Assembly (NCBI GenBank): GCA_963921275.4
Contig: OZ001293.3
Coordinates: 5,536,001 to 5,600,000, forward strand
Reading direction: 5' to 3'
DNA length: 64,000 nucleotides
Source: an uncultured Hormoscilla sp.
Lineage (GTDB): Bacteria > Cyanobacteriota > Cyanobacteriia > Cyanobacteriales > Desertifilaceae
Below are positions 1 through 11,462 of the stretch, piece after piece; positions within the stretch are counted from its first letter, which is position 1; each line of letters opens with the position of its first letter. The notes under the pieces were generated by a model, which saw nothing but the letters and a program-made list of their open reading frames with translations, did not search any database and was not told where the DNA came from. Position numbers and translations under genes: made by a program.

Positions 1-181
1 AATTACAGTCTGAATGTAGTTGTTAATTGTTGATTTTTTATAGTTATTTTATAGCCATAAATAGTCATATATTATTGATTACCTTTTCAATTTTACATTC
101 TCAATTGTTAAATTTTAACTATGCTGGTAACATCCCCAAACTATGACACAGCAATTGTTTGAGTTATCACTCCTGTGCTGA

Positions 182-1680
182 TTATGGGGCTGACTGTGCG
201 GGTAACCAGACTGTAAAGGTGCTCCCTTCACCTAACTTGGATAGCACCGTGACGCGACCACCCATTCCTTCCACTAGGGTTTTGACGATCGACAAACCCA
301 AACCGGTCCCGCCAGTTGCCCGGGCCCTGGTTTCATCTACCCGATAAAATCTCTCAAAGATGCGGGTTTGGTCTGGCAGGGGTATACCACATCCAGTGTC
401 GCAGACGGCAATTGATGCCTGGGAACCTGGCGATCTAACTTAACCGTCACCGGTTTGTCCGGATCGGAATATTTTACCGCATTGTCAATCAGATTCAGCA
501 GCACCTGTTTGAGACGATGGCAATCTGCTACTACCTCGTGAGCTCCTTTGTCTGCGGACAGGATAATTTGACGATTACTATATTGTCGTGCCATCCCCAC
601 TACTTCTGACAATAAATCATTCAGCATGACTACCTCTAGCTGAAAGTGGATGTGACCGCTATCTGCCCTGACTAAGTCGAGTAAATCCTGCAATAATTGG
701 ATGGTCCGATCGGCCTCTCCCGCCGCCGTTGCCAAGGCTTCTCGCTGAGGTTCTGTTAAGTTAGCACCCCGTCTGAGGGTACTTTGAACATATCCTGCCA
801 CAATAGTCAAGGGCGTGCGCAACTCGTGGGAGACATTGCTGACAAATTGTCGCTGTTGTTCCCAAGATTCAGACAGGCGAGATAACATGATGTCCAGGGT
901 ACTGGCTAATTCTCTCACCTCGCTGGGAGCCCTGTCTAGCTGTACCCGTGCCTTACCTAAATCAGCAGCGGAAATGGCCCCTGCATACTGAGATATCTGT
1001 CGCACCGGTTCTAGCGATCGCTTGACGTACAGGGCAATGGCCACAGTTATGAGGGCGATCCCCAATATTGTAGCAATCAACAAACTATCCACCATTGAAT
1101 TTAGCATCAGGCGATCTGAGGTAATATCCTGAGCGACATATAATTGACCTAGCTTTCTACCCTGTACCACCAATGTACCGCTACAAATTGCCATATATTG
1201 GTCATTGATGGCATATACTCGAGGGGCCATCTGTTGATTATCAATAGATATTAAAGCCGTATATTCCTGACGGTCAACTGCCAATATCGCTGATTTCGTG
1301 AGAATGTTGCCATCCGCAGTTTTTACCCACAGAAATATATCCTTTGTGTTACTCTCATCAATTGCATGTTGTAATCCTATCTCTAGCGGTAACTGTTGGC
1401 TATATGTTTCCACATCCCCGGGAAAGCGATCGGCAACATATTGGATATTCTGCTTGTGAGTGTAAATTAGCTGCTGATGCATTTTCATGCTAGTATAAAG
1501 GGAAAGGCTGCCCAGTCCCACCGCCGAAACCGCAGCAATACCTACTGTCAGGCGAAACTGTAGCGAATTTGGGTCGAGCGGCCCTGCCAACTTCTGGCGT
1601 ACAATTAGGGTGGAGCGGCCCTGGCTGCGCCCTACCCAGAGTTGAGAGATTTTTGGGTGCCAAATACTGAGAAATTTCAT
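182..1680 (-). pseudogene. HAMP-domain sensor histidine kinase, frameshifted near 420
   Basis: The 447-aa ORF has TM segments, HAMP, the H-box SHELRTPLT and the N-box NLIDNAVKY. The G1/F/G2 boxes (DTGCGIP..IFERFYRVD..GGTGLGLSIVK) continue in another frame to a TAA at 182-184. Confidence 0.85.
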
Positions 1681-1826
1681 AATATCAGTATTTCAGATCA
1701 ACTTTTGTTGCTTTCACTCTTTCAGTTTAACAAGCGATTCTGAGAAAAACATGATATAATTATGAGGATTTGGTATGAAGCAGGGAGAGGGAGAGGAGAG
1801 GCGGAGAAGCTAAAGGAGACAGCTTA

Positions 1827-1870
1827 GCAACTAACAACTAACAACTAACAACTGACAACAACAACTGACA
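1827..1870 (+). repeat. Heptamer tandem repeat (CAACTAA/CAACTGA; STRR-like)
   Basis: caactaa-type units directly before a start codon. Related tracts occur at about 5468-5500 and 60297-60360. Confidence 0.8.
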
Positions 1871-1875
1871 ATAAA

Positions 1876-2517
1876 ATGAATATTTTCCTGCAAGCTTATG
1901 AATATGCGGCTAATAATCCAGAGGATCTGATGAAAGCGCTACAGGAACATCTGCTACTGGTAGCAGTGCCACTGGCTATTAGCTTAGTTGTGGGTTTACC
2001 CTTGGGATGGCTTTCTTCGCGATCAGCCACTGTCTCGACTATTGTCATTAATACTTTCAACTCCCTGCGAGTAATTCCCAGTCTGGCAATTTTGTTCCTA
2101 GCTATCCCCTATTTTGGACTTAGCTTCCAATCAGCGGCGATCGCCCTGACGATTTTAGCCATGCCACCCATTTTGATTAGCACGGATGTCGCCTTCCGCA
2201 CGATCGATCCCGCCATTGTTGAAGCAGCCTATGGCATGGGAATGCTACCGGCACAAGTGCTGCGCCAGATTGAAATACCCTTAGCCCTGCCCGCGATCGT
2301 AGCTGGGATTAAAACAGCTACCGTGGAAGTCATTGCCAGTGCCACTCTAGCTGCTTTTATCGGTGCTGGCGGATTAGGATCCTCGATCGTTCTGGGCTTT
2401 GCCCTCTATGATAATTCCGTTCTACTGGTGGGTGCCATTCCCGTCGCCATCCTCGCACTGACTACTGAAGTCAGTCTCAGTGCTTTACAACGATTCTTAC
2501 AACCCCCCGTGACTTAA
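1876..2517 (+). CDS. Osmoprotectant (glycine betaine/choline) ABC transporter permease
   Basis: Hydrophobic, with an EAA motif (EAAYGMGM) and IGAGGLG. Confidence 0.9.
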   Translation: MNIFLQAYEYAANNPEDLMKALQEHLLLVAVPLAISLVVGLPLGWLSSRSATVSTIVINTFNSLRVIPSLAILFLAIPYFGLSFQSAAIALTILAMPPILISTDVAFRTIDPAIVEAAYGMGMLPAQVLRQIEIPLALPAIVAGIKTATVEVIASATLAAFIGAGGLGSSIVLGFALYDNSVLLVGAIPVAILALTTEVSLSALQRFLQPPVT

Positions 2518-2597
2518 GTAACGCTAAGACTGTAGTTGGTTATTGCAATTTGCGAATGGACATGAATAAATAAATCTACCTTTCTCAATTCTCAATT

Positions 2598-3221
2598 CTA
2601 AGTCTTGCTAACCCGCCTGCTGGGATTAGCTAACCGTTCTAGTGCCAACAAGCCGCCATTAATAGCAAAAGCCAGGAGAGAAACGGAGATCGTTCCAGTT
2701 GTAATTTTATCATTACGATTTTGAGCAATGCCATCAAACAGGAGAACACCCAGTCCTCCCGCACCAAACTTTGCCCCAACAGTAGCAATAGCAATACCGA
2801 CAATTGCTGCGATCCGCAACCCGGCGATAAAAATCGGCAATATCAGTGGCACCTGCACCCACCACCACCGCTGCCAAGGATTCATCCCCATGCCCCGCGC
2901 TGCTTCGCTAATTGTAGCAGGAATCGATTCTAGTCCTACTACCAGATTCCTTACCAGAATCACTTGGGCATAGATAACCATACCAGCAATCACTGAGGCC
3001 GGATTTAACCCAAAAATTGGCACTAGGAGAATAATTAGTGCTAGACTCGGGATGGTGTAGAAGACGCCCAGCAACCCGATCGCTAGTACTTTCAACCAGC
3101 GGTAGCGCGTGACTAGCAATCCTATAGGTAAAGCGATCGAGACGGCGATCGCCAGGGTCGTGCCAATTAATAGCAGATGTTCCAGCAGGAGACTCCCAAC
3201 ATTCTTAATTATATAGCTCAC
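2598..3221 (-). CDS. Osmoprotectant ABC transporter permease
   Basis: YTIPSLAL, EAARGMGM and GAGGLG motifs. Confidence 0.9.
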   Translation of the reverse strand: MSYIIKNVGSLLLEHLLLIGTTLAIAVSIALPIGLLVTRYRWLKVLAIGLLGVFYTIPSLALIILLVPIFGLNPASVIAGMVIYAQVILVRNLVVGLESIPATISEAARGMGMNPWQRWWWVQVPLILPIFIAGLRIAAIVGIAIATVGAKFGAGGLGVLLFDGIAQNRNDKITTGTISVSLLAFAINGGLLALERLANPSRRVSKT

Positions 3222-3550
3222 GGTAATTTGTCAATGGTTAATTGTTAATTGTAAATTTACATAATAATATATTCTTCGCATTATTTACCTTAATACCGTA
3301 GGTTTGGTTAAGGTAAGCGGATACTGTTGGCCAATTAATTGGGGGGTATGACCCAGTATCATCCTCAAATGCTGATACCGCTTGACTTTCCCCCCCTCAC
3401 CCCCTCACCCCCTCATAACACCGATAAATTGGTAATTCGCCAACAGTATCCGGTAAGCGTTACCCAACGGAACTAGCTTATTGGGGTTCGTACCTCAACC
3501 AAACCTACATTTGCTTCGTCGCAATTTGCAATTCACAATTCACAACCAGG

Positions 3551-4531
3551 TTATTCTTTGTGTTGAGCTGCTACAGAATTACGAATATAATCGAGAGTTA
3601 AGACACCAACAGGGCGATCGCCATCTCGTACCGTCAGCGAACTAGCACCAGTCCCCAGCATCAGAGATAAAGCCTGACGGAGATTATCGTCGCGGGCGAT
3701 CGTCGGATTATCCTTAGATATATCACCTGCTCCTGGTCTGTCAGTTAGTTTCAGGTCAGTCATAGCAGTTTCCACCCGTAATAGACTCAGCTGACGGATT
3801 ATATCATCCGCCCCGACGAGGTCATGGACGAACTGATTAGCAGGCTGAGTCAGGATCTTAAAAGGCGTATCGTACTGTACAATTTTACCTCGATCGAGAA
3901 TCAGGATTTTATCAGCCAGCCGCAAAGCCTCCTCCACATCGTGGGAGACAAACAAAATAGTTTTATGCAGTTGCTGCTGGAGGTAGAGGATTTCATCTTG
4001 GAGAGTCTCCCGAGTGATAGCATCGATCGCCCCAAAAGGTTCATCCATCAACAGCACATCAGGGTCGCCAGCTAAAGCTCTGGCCAACCCCACCCGTTGC
4101 TGTTGTCCCCCAGAGAGTTGTCCCGGATAGCGGTTACGATATTCTTCAGGAGGCAATTCTATCAGCTTCAGCAACTCATCAATGCGGGACTGATATTTAG
4201 CCCGAGGCCACCCCAGCAACTTAGGCACCACAGCAATATTCTGAGCAACCGTCATGTGGGGAAACAAACCAGACTGCTGAATCACGTAGCCAATTTTACG
4301 TCGTAGCTTAGTCACCTCCATCTCACGGATAGCAATCTCGTGCAGATAAATGCTCCCAGATGTCGGTTCATATAAACGGTTGACCATCTTCAGCAGCGTC
4401 GTTTTCCCACAGCCCGAAGGTCCTAAAATCACTACCAGATCCCCTGCTGCTATCTCACAACTGCAATCATCCACCGCCCGACGGGTTGCACCGGGGAAGG
4501 TTAGGGATACGCGATCGAAACGAATAGTCAT
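3551..4531 (-). CDS. Osmoprotectant ABC transporter ATP-binding protein (OpuCA/ProV-like, C-terminal CBS)
   Basis: Walker A GPSGCGKT, signature LSGGQQQR, Walker B LLMDEPF. Confidence 0.93.
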   Translation of the reverse strand: MTIRFDRVSLTFPGATRRAVDDCSCEIAAGDLVVILGPSGCGKTTLLKMVNRLYEPTSGSIYLHEIAIREMEVTKLRRKIGYVIQQSGLFPHMTVAQNIAVVPKLLGWPRAKYQSRIDELLKLIELPPEEYRNRYPGQLSGGQQQRVGLARALAGDPDVLLMDEPFGAIDAITRETLQDEILYLQQQLHKTILFVSHDVEEALRLADKILILDRGKIVQYDTPFKILTQPANQFVHDLVGADDIIRQLSLLRVETAMTDLKLTDRPGAGDISKDNPTIARDDNLRQALSLMLGTGASSLTVRDGDRPVGVLTLDYIRNSVAAQHKE

Positions 4532-4543
4532 AATTGCTAATTG

Positions 4544-5455
4544 TTAATTGTTTATGAGTCCTTGTTGAATCAGAAATTCCCTCGCCACATCAGCCGGTTC
4601 GCCCTGCTTACCGCTCACTTCATAGTTGAGGCGCTGCATGACTTCATCTGTCAACAGAGGGGAGATAGAATTAAGAGCATCGCGAATACCTGGATATTTG
4701 TCCAATGTCTCCTGGCGCACCACCGGGGCAACTTGATAGACCGGGAAAAACTTTTTATCATCTTCTAGCACAACCAGATTAAAAACACTAATCTCCCCAT
4801 CCGTCCCAAAAGCTACCACCACATCTCCTTGGCCATCTAGCAGTCCTTTATATCTTAAACCTGGATCGACAACCTTAATTTGCTTAAATTCCAAATTACC
4901 ATATACTTGCTTGAGTCCAGGCAAACCATCTTCTCGCGCTCCGAACGTTGATGTTCCGATCAGCACCAACTCACTAGCTAAGCCAACTAGATCTGATATT
5001 TTCTTAATCCCCAATTTTTCCGCTTCTTCACCGGTCATCGCCAAAGCCCAAGTGTTATTCATCGGGGCCGGGGAAAGCCAAACCAAGTTATATTTTTCCT
5101 TGTAACCTTTGGCAACTGTATCGAACACCTGCTCTTGATTGCTACTAGGAGGCAGTTTGAGTACAGTTGTCAATGCTGTCCCAGTATACTCTGGATACAA
5201 ATCTATTTCACCGTTTTCTAAACCATTTTGTATTACTGGCGTACTACCTAAGCTCAGCTTCCGTTCCACCTTGAATCCCTGCTCTTCTAACATTAGAGCA
5301 TACATTTCTCCCAAAATCTACTGTTCTGTGAACTGTTTTGAAGCTACTTTGATCCTGCGGTCAGCACTACCATTACCACCATTACATGCTACCACGAAGA
5401 TCGCCGTGAGTAAAGCCAGCAAAGATAGAACAATTAAGCGACGAACTTGTTTCAT
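4544..5455 (-). pseudogene. Glycine betaine ABC substrate-binding lipoprotein with in-frame TAG
   Basis: ATG at 5455 reads MKQVRR..VVAC..SKQFTEQ, then TAG at 5320-5318, then continues in frame as the 256-aa ORF. It is a close paralog of 5490-6407. Confidence 0.85.
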
Positions 5456-5489
5456 ACCACCTCCTTTGTCAGTTGTTAGTTGTTGGTTG

Positions 5490-6407
5490 TTAGTTGTTAG
5501 TTAACATTCCTGCTTGAATCAGAAATTCCCTAGCCACATCAGCCGGTTCCCGCTGCTTACCACTCACCTCATAGTTGAGGCGCTGCATGACTTCATCCGT
5601 CAACAGAGGGGCGATCGCATTGAGGGCGTCGCGAATACTCGGATATTTCTCCAGCGTCTCCTGACGCACCACCGGGGCCACTTGATAGATCGGGAACAAC
5701 TTTTTATCATCTTCTAGCACAACCAGATTAAAAGCACTAATTTCTCCATCCGTCCCAAAAGCCACCACCACATTCCCTTCACCATTCATTAGTCCTTTAT
5801 ATCGCAAACCAGAGTCGATCGGCTTAAATTCCTTCAATTCAAAATCACCATATACTCGCTTTAGCCCGGGCCAAGCATCTTCTCGCGTCTTGAAAGCTGG
5901 TGGTCCGAGGAGGACCAATTTATCTGCCTTAGCAACCATATCTGAGATATTTTTAATGCCCAATTTTTCCGCATCTTTTTTAGTCATCGCCAAAGCCGTG
6001 GTGTTATTCATCGGTGCCGGTTCCAGCCAAACCAAATTATATTTTTCCTTGTAGGCTTTAGCAACCGTATCGAACACCTGCTTCGCGTCGCTACTCGGAG
6101 GCCGTTTGAGTACAGCTACCAATGCTGTTCCCGTGTACTCTGGATACAAATCTATTTCTTCACTCTTCAAACCCGCTTGTAATACTGGCGTACTACCTAA
6201 ATTCAGCTTCCGTTCCACCTTAAATCCCTGTTCTTCTAATATTAGAGCATACATTTGACCCAAAATAAACTGTTCTGTGAAATCTTTGGAACCCACTTTA
6301 ATAGTCAGGTCAGCATTACTCTTACCATCATTATGACAGGCTACTACTATAATAGCCATGAGTAAAGCCAGTAAAGACAAGGTCATTAAGCGACGAAACT
6401 GTTTCAT
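5490..6407 (-). CDS. Glycine betaine/choline ABC substrate-binding lipoprotein (OpuBC/OsmF-like)
   Basis: Lipobox VVAC, GSKDFTEQ and DLYPEYTGT. Confidence 0.92.
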   Translation of the reverse strand: MKQFRRLMTLSLLALLMAIIVVACHNDGKSNADLTIKVGSKDFTEQFILGQMYALILEEQGFKVERKLNLGSTPVLQAGLKSEEIDLYPEYTGTALVAVLKRPPSSDAKQVFDTVAKAYKEKYNLVWLEPAPMNNTTALAMTKKDAEKLGIKNISDMVAKADKLVLLGPPAFKTREDAWPGLKRVYGDFELKEFKPIDSGLRYKGLMNGEGNVVVAFGTDGEISAFNLVVLEDDKKLFPIYQVAPVVRQETLEKYPSIRDALNAIAPLLTDEVMQRLNYEVSGKQREPADVAREFLIQAGMLTNN

Positions 6408-6524
6408 ATAACCTCCTTAGCTGCGCCTTCTACAGGGCCACGAGGCAGAACCTGCGGGGGCGATCTCCTCTTGTAGCCAATTGGATAAACAACCTGCTCT
6501 ATTATATAGCTTATAGTCAAAATC

Positions 6525-6845
6525 TGTGCAGAAATTCCCTAGCCACCTCAGCCGGTTCCCCCTGCTGACCACGTACCTCATATAGCAAGCCGTGCGGGAG
6601 TTGTGCAACTGGCTTTTGCTGAAATCATTACCATGCAATGGCTTCAGCGGCGATCCCCCAGAATGTTTACACAAATGATTTAGACTAGCTATAGTTTGTT
6701 GTATGACTTCATTTGTCAACAGAGAGGCGACAGCGTCTCCTGCATCGCGAATACCCGGATATTTCTCCAGCGTCTCCTGACGCACCATCAGGGCAACTTT
6801 ATAGATAGGGAACAACTTTTTATCATCTTCTAGCACACACCACAT
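6525..6845 (-). pseudogene. C-terminal fragment of a third substrate-binding paralog, interrupted by a ~110-bp insert
   Basis: VLEDDKKLFPIYKV..RQETLEKYPGIRDA matches the C-terminus of the neighbouring paralogs. The insert at about 6581-6694 is bounded by tatagc...gctata. Confidence 0.75.
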
Positions 6846-6873
6846 CTGCTTCATTATTCATTTGAACGAAACC

Positions 6874-7836
6874 TTAATAAGGACCAAGAAATCGTTCTCC
6901 ATTAAAGTGAATCATGTGAATCGGTTCCTCTGCTACCCATACTTCTGTTTCCCAAGAGATTTGATGGATATATTTTGCCATGTCACTACGGGTCAGGAAA
7001 GCCGTCACGAATACAAGGCCAGCAGTTGAATTTTTAAATACTGCTTCCAGTTCATTTCGGCGCTTTGCATCTACAGGACCATGACTTGTTACAGCTTCAA
7101 TTAAAACCAACCAATTACGTTTTAGATAATGAACCGCAACATCCGGTATTTTCCCGTAAGTATTAAGGTTAACTCCTATATTTTCAAGGTACTCTTGATT
7201 ACATAGTTGCCACTTATTATCGGCATCACCTATTAAGATTACTTTTCCGCCCGGAGTGAACAGCTCACAAAAATCTTCAATAATAAGCTTTATCAGTTTG
7301 TTTTGCCCGCCAGGAGACAAAGATATTGTTTTCCCTGAAGCCAGCGTGACAGGAATTCGTTTCATTTCCCGCTCACGCGCATACCTTTTTTTCAGTGTCT
7401 CTATAGATGAAAAATATGTTTTTAAATTTGGCATCCATTCTTCTGTGCCATAAATACGCAGCAACTTCAGGATCCTTTCGTCAACACTATAAACTGTGTC
7501 CGGACTATTAGTTGGTCTTGTTGGCTTATCTGGGTTGATCTTAATAATACTAGCATCTAAAAACTGGTGTACGGTGTGGCGACGAATTGTTTCGCGAGTG
7601 TTAGGTGCATATTCTCTGCCATAATTTTGTTTGATGAATTGCATAATAGGCGTAATTCCCATGAGCGGATTACTTGCTTGAGACCAAAAACTATCTGACT
7701 TGAGAGCGAGGAGGGCAAGTAATGTCAGAGCCGATCTATCGTTTTGCTGTCGCTCCGGCAAACCAAGCGCTTTCAGGATAAATTTTGCCTCTTCTATTTT
7801 CTGTACTGTTTTGTCAGATTTCTGCTGCCCAGACAT
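6874..7836 (-). CDS. BsuBI/PstI-family type II restriction endonuclease
   Basis: YAPNTRETIRR, LSPGGQN, PD..LIEAVTSHGP and ISWETEVW..HFNGERFLGPY are family motifs. Confidence 0.9.
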   Translation of the reverse strand: MSGQQKSDKTVQKIEEAKFILKALGLPERQQNDRSALTLLALLALKSDSFWSQASNPLMGITPIMQFIKQNYGREYAPNTRETIRRHTVHQFLDASIIKINPDKPTRPTNSPDTVYSVDERILKLLRIYGTEEWMPNLKTYFSSIETLKKRYAREREMKRIPVTLASGKTISLSPGGQNKLIKLIIEDFCELFTPGGKVILIGDADNKWQLCNQEYLENIGVNLNTYGKIPDVAVHYLKRNWLVLIEAVTSHGPVDAKRRNELEAVFKNSTAGLVFVTAFLTRSDMAKYIHQISWETEVWVAEEPIHMIHFNGERFLGPY

Positions 7837-7842
7837 GAAACT

Positions 7843-8898
7843 CTAATACTCCTTCATGAAGTCAAAAGATAGCTGTATTGGTTCTTGGGATGCTGCTGTG
7901 GGTGTTGGCTTACCCTCTAAATATTGTTTAACAGAATCAGCGATCGCTTTTGCCAACAAAGGCGGCACGGCATTGCCAATTTGATAGCACTGACTGTCAA
8001 AATTACCACAAAACTCAAACCAGTCAGGAAAACTTTGCAGGCGTGCTCCCTCCCTGACAGTTAACCGTCGCCTCCTGCCATCGGGCAAGCGAATGCGGAG
8101 CATATCTCCCGTAGCGGCGGCGAGGTTGCGACAGGTGACGGTTCTGGCGGGAGCATGCAAGTGCAAGTCTCTGGGGGTGACGCATTTGGAAGCACGCTCG
8201 TATTTTTGGATATATTTATCCATGCTGGGGGTGAGAAATTTGGCATCAGGAGGTACAGTAAAGGCTAGATCTCCGAGGGCTTCCCCGGCGGTGTAGGTCG
8301 AGTGAAAATGGGTTTTTGGTGGCCATTGCCAACCGCCTTTGTGGGCAATGCAAAACAGTCGCTCTCGTCGCTGGGGTACACCGTAATGAGCGGCCTTGAG
8401 TATTTCCCATTCTACATGATAACCGATATTTTTTAAGGCCGCGACAATTTCGGCAAAATATGTTTTATTTTTATACAGCATTCCCCGGACATTTTCAAAG
8501 ATGGCGATCGGGGGTTGATAGCGTTCTACGGCGCTGATAAAAATGGGGAAACCGTCGCGGCTGTCTTTGAGTCCCCGCTGGTGGCCGCTGACGCTAAAAG
8601 GTTGGCAAGGGGGTCCGCCGATAATAGCGGCGGCTTCTGTTTCTAAATCAGAGTTTGGTGATAGAGTGACTTGGTAGCAAATTCCCTGTAAGTTGTGACG
8701 GTATGTGGAGCTGGCATCCGGCAGCATTTCATAACCGACAGTTCTCAACCCAGCGGCTTCAAAGCCAAGTGCCATACCGCCGCATCCAGCAAATAAATCT
8801 ATAGTTAAAGGTGCTGATTTTGGCGGTGGATTGGGGGGCAGTTCTGCGGCTAATAATTCCTGGTAGGTTAGTTTGTTGGCCTCGTTAGTGGTTGTCAT
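7843..8898 (-). CDS. DNA (cytosine-5)-methyltransferase
   Basis: DLFAGCGG, GGPPCQPFS, ENV, QRRER and QIGNAVPP motifs. Confidence 0.95.
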   Translation of the reverse strand: MTTTNEANKLTYQELLAAELPPNPPPKSAPLTIDLFAGCGGMALGFEAAGLRTVGYEMLPDASSTYRHNLQGICYQVTLSPNSDLETEAAAIIGGPPCQPFSVSGHQRGLKDSRDGFPIFISAVERYQPPIAIFENVRGMLYKNKTYFAEIVAALKNIGYHVEWEILKAAHYGVPQRRERLFCIAHKGGWQWPPKTHFHSTYTAGEALGDLAFTVPPDAKFLTPSMDKYIQKYERASKCVTPRDLHLHAPARTVTCRNLAAATGDMLRIRLPDGRRRRLTVREGARLQSFPDWFEFCGNFDSQCYQIGNAVPPLLAKAIADSVKQYLEGKPTPTAASQEPIQLSFDFMKEY

Positions 8899-9452
8899 CG
8901 ATACCCGGGACGAATGTTCTCAGGTTTACTGCAATTTGTTCGATGATTTGTTATCTTTGATTTGTTATTTTTAATTTTTCATTGAGGAAACTAAGCTGTC
9001 GCGCATTTAAATTGCATAAGGACAAAAATTGCTTACCTTCTCTATTATCTAGCTTATAGTCAACAATCGCTAACCATTGTCTCACGCCTTAAACTGCTTA
9101 AATTAAAAATCACCAGAGTCCTACTTTAGACAGAGGCAGACCCTAGTCATTGACTTGACTCTGACTGCTATAGCCCAATACTGACCCTGGCTTTGGCGAC
9201 ATCTTCTGGCCCCCTATAGACTATCTTATACCAAGAAGCTCAAATCCTGCTACAAATTTTCTCCCACCGCTTTCCCGGCTCCCAGATCCCGGCTCATTCA
9301 TAGCCAACCTTCTCCACCAGCTGTCCAGAACGGATAAATCTCTTATATTTTATACATATATTTGCATATATTTACTGTAAAATTGGCTCGATATTATTAA
9401 TAATAGCTGAAGTTGATACAGTTGATAATATGAGGATAGCAGGAAAGAACAG

Positions 9453-9665
9453 ATGACTAAAATTTTAGTAATTGAAGACAAAGAGCCAGTCAGAGCCAAC
9501 ATTCTGGATATGTTGGAAGCGGAAGATATGATCGGCATTGGTGCCAAAGATGGTGCCATGGGCATCCAGATGGCGAGATCCCAGCTGCCAGACTTGATCC
9601 TGTGCGACATCATGATGCCCGGACTAGACGGCTACGGAGTGATCGAGGCGATGTGCTCTGCGTAG
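9453..9665 (+). pseudogene. Truncated response regulator (receiver N-terminus only)
   Basis: KILVIED..PDLILCDIMMPGLDGY, ending in GC-rich palindromic repeats at about 9649. Confidence 0.8.
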
Positions 9666-9820
9666 TGCGAATAGCGCGCGCAGAGCACATCGGGAGTAGT
9701 GCGAGTTCGGTGTCCCCCCTTTTGTGCTCCTAGCGCTCCCGGGGGACACGGAAAGCTCTCCGGAGACATCGAAGGCAGTCGGGAACCGCGAGCATCACAA
9801 TAGAACAAATCAAACCCTAG

Positions 9821-11332
9821 CGGGACTTAAACAAAAATTCTGACTAAAGCAGCTCAAATCCATGTATAATTGGCATTATACGTCAACGCGCACGGTTTTA
9901 TGATATCATACAAATGTATGGAGTTTGTTGGCTCTTGTTTCTCCGGGTAACTACTGATAGTAATATTTTATTTGCTACCTGTTGTTGGACATTTACTTAA
10001 TGGACAAAAAAATGAAAGAAACAACTGCTCAGGCCATGCCACCTTGTTTTGACAGATGGTGCCGTCGCGAAAGACGATTTATTTACCCATAAAGCCCAAG
10101 GAAGAGAGTTCCGTCATTATTTAGCGGGACTATTAGGAGAAAGCGAGCGCAAAAATATTTCTCAAATAGCTAGAAATCCTGTCCGGGTTCAAGAGCACAA
10201 ATTGCATCACTTTATAACTGACTCTCCTTGGGATGCTGATTATGTAAATGAAAGGCGATTAGAGAGATAATGAATTCTTGTCGTCAAACCAAGCCATCTA
10301 ATAAGTATTTTAATTTAATAGTTGACGACACGGGTCATCGAAGAAGTGGAACATTAACTGAAGGAATTGGGCGACAATTGGGTAAATTGGCCAAGTACGG
10401 GATTGTTATGGTAACAACTCATCACATGCGTTGGAGTAAGAAGTTTACCATTAGATGTAGCTCAATAGCCGGTGTACACGCTGATTCTTTAGAGAAAGGA
10501 TGCATAAGCTCCAGAATTCAAGAAAAAAACCAGAATTAGCTTGAGAACTAATTGATAAATGTTTAAATAGAGGGTATCGTCCGGGAGTAACGTTAATAGA
10601 TGGAGGTTATGGAAATAATGGTCTTTTTTTAACAGAACTAGAAAAAAGAGGGTTAATTTATATTGTCTGCGAAAAATAGAAATGTAGAGGTAGAAATAGA
10701 AGCGGTCAAAAAAAAGTTCCGGAGATTAGATGAACTGGCAGCAATATTACCAGAAGAATCTTTTAGTTCTATTAATCTCGAATTACAAAAAACTCGGACA
10801 GTTTGGGTGGCAGCAATAAAAGTAGAAATTTACGTCAGGTCAACGTACAGTGCGTCACGAACTTAGAAACCTTGAATCGGCGACCTGTGTCCCCCGGGTA
10901 GTGCGAGTAGTGCTCCCGGGGGACACAGCGGGAATTGATTATTTAATCACTAATGCTCCTGCTGAAAAAGCAACAGCACAATGGATAGTTACTACCTATT
11001 GACAACTCAATTGGATTGAAGCTTTTTACCGAACAATCAAAGGTTGGTTGTATTTTTTAAAATACCAAATCCGAGGGGGAAAAAGCATTGAACGTCATTG
11101 GATATTGGTATTTTGTGCGGATACTTTTATTCTCTGGCATTGGTTAACCGGTGGTCTAGCACGAGAATGGGCTAATCGACCATTAAAAACATAAGTTGGG
11201 CGCGTTCTTAGCTTTTCGTACAGCCGTCTCAAGCGCGGTTTGTGCGTTGGCTAGGTAACAATGTTGATGTATTTGCCGCTCACTTGCGCGAGTCGGGCGC
11301 GATGTGTGGGCTTAGATTTTGTTTAAGTCCCG
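9821..11332 (+). mobile_element. IS701-family insertion sequence with a degenerate transposase
   Basis: 16-bp TIRs cgggacttaaacaaaa / ttttgtttaagtcccg, flanked by CTAG on both sides. The transposase starts at 10012 (MKETTAQAMPPCFDRWC; GESERKN; IVDDTGHRRSG) and is broken by several frameshifts and stops. Confidence 0.9.
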
Positions 11333-11462
11333 CTAGTGGACCGATTGTGGCGAGCAGTCAGCAGTGTAAAGGAGAAATAAAGATAAGGTAAATGGCAGGC
11401 TCAAAACGGTTAACTAAATGTAGCATATGTAAAATACAGACTCGTCAGAGAGAAGGAGATAG

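Noticed and set aside
5318..5320. Programmed amber read-through or recoding
   Set aside because: Premature stops in the window are a mix of TAG, TAA and TGA and co-occur with frameshifts, which fits decay.
8993..9350. Possible IS/MITE remnant starting taagctgtcgcgcatttaaattg
   Set aside because: I could not identify a matching second end or any transposase homology.
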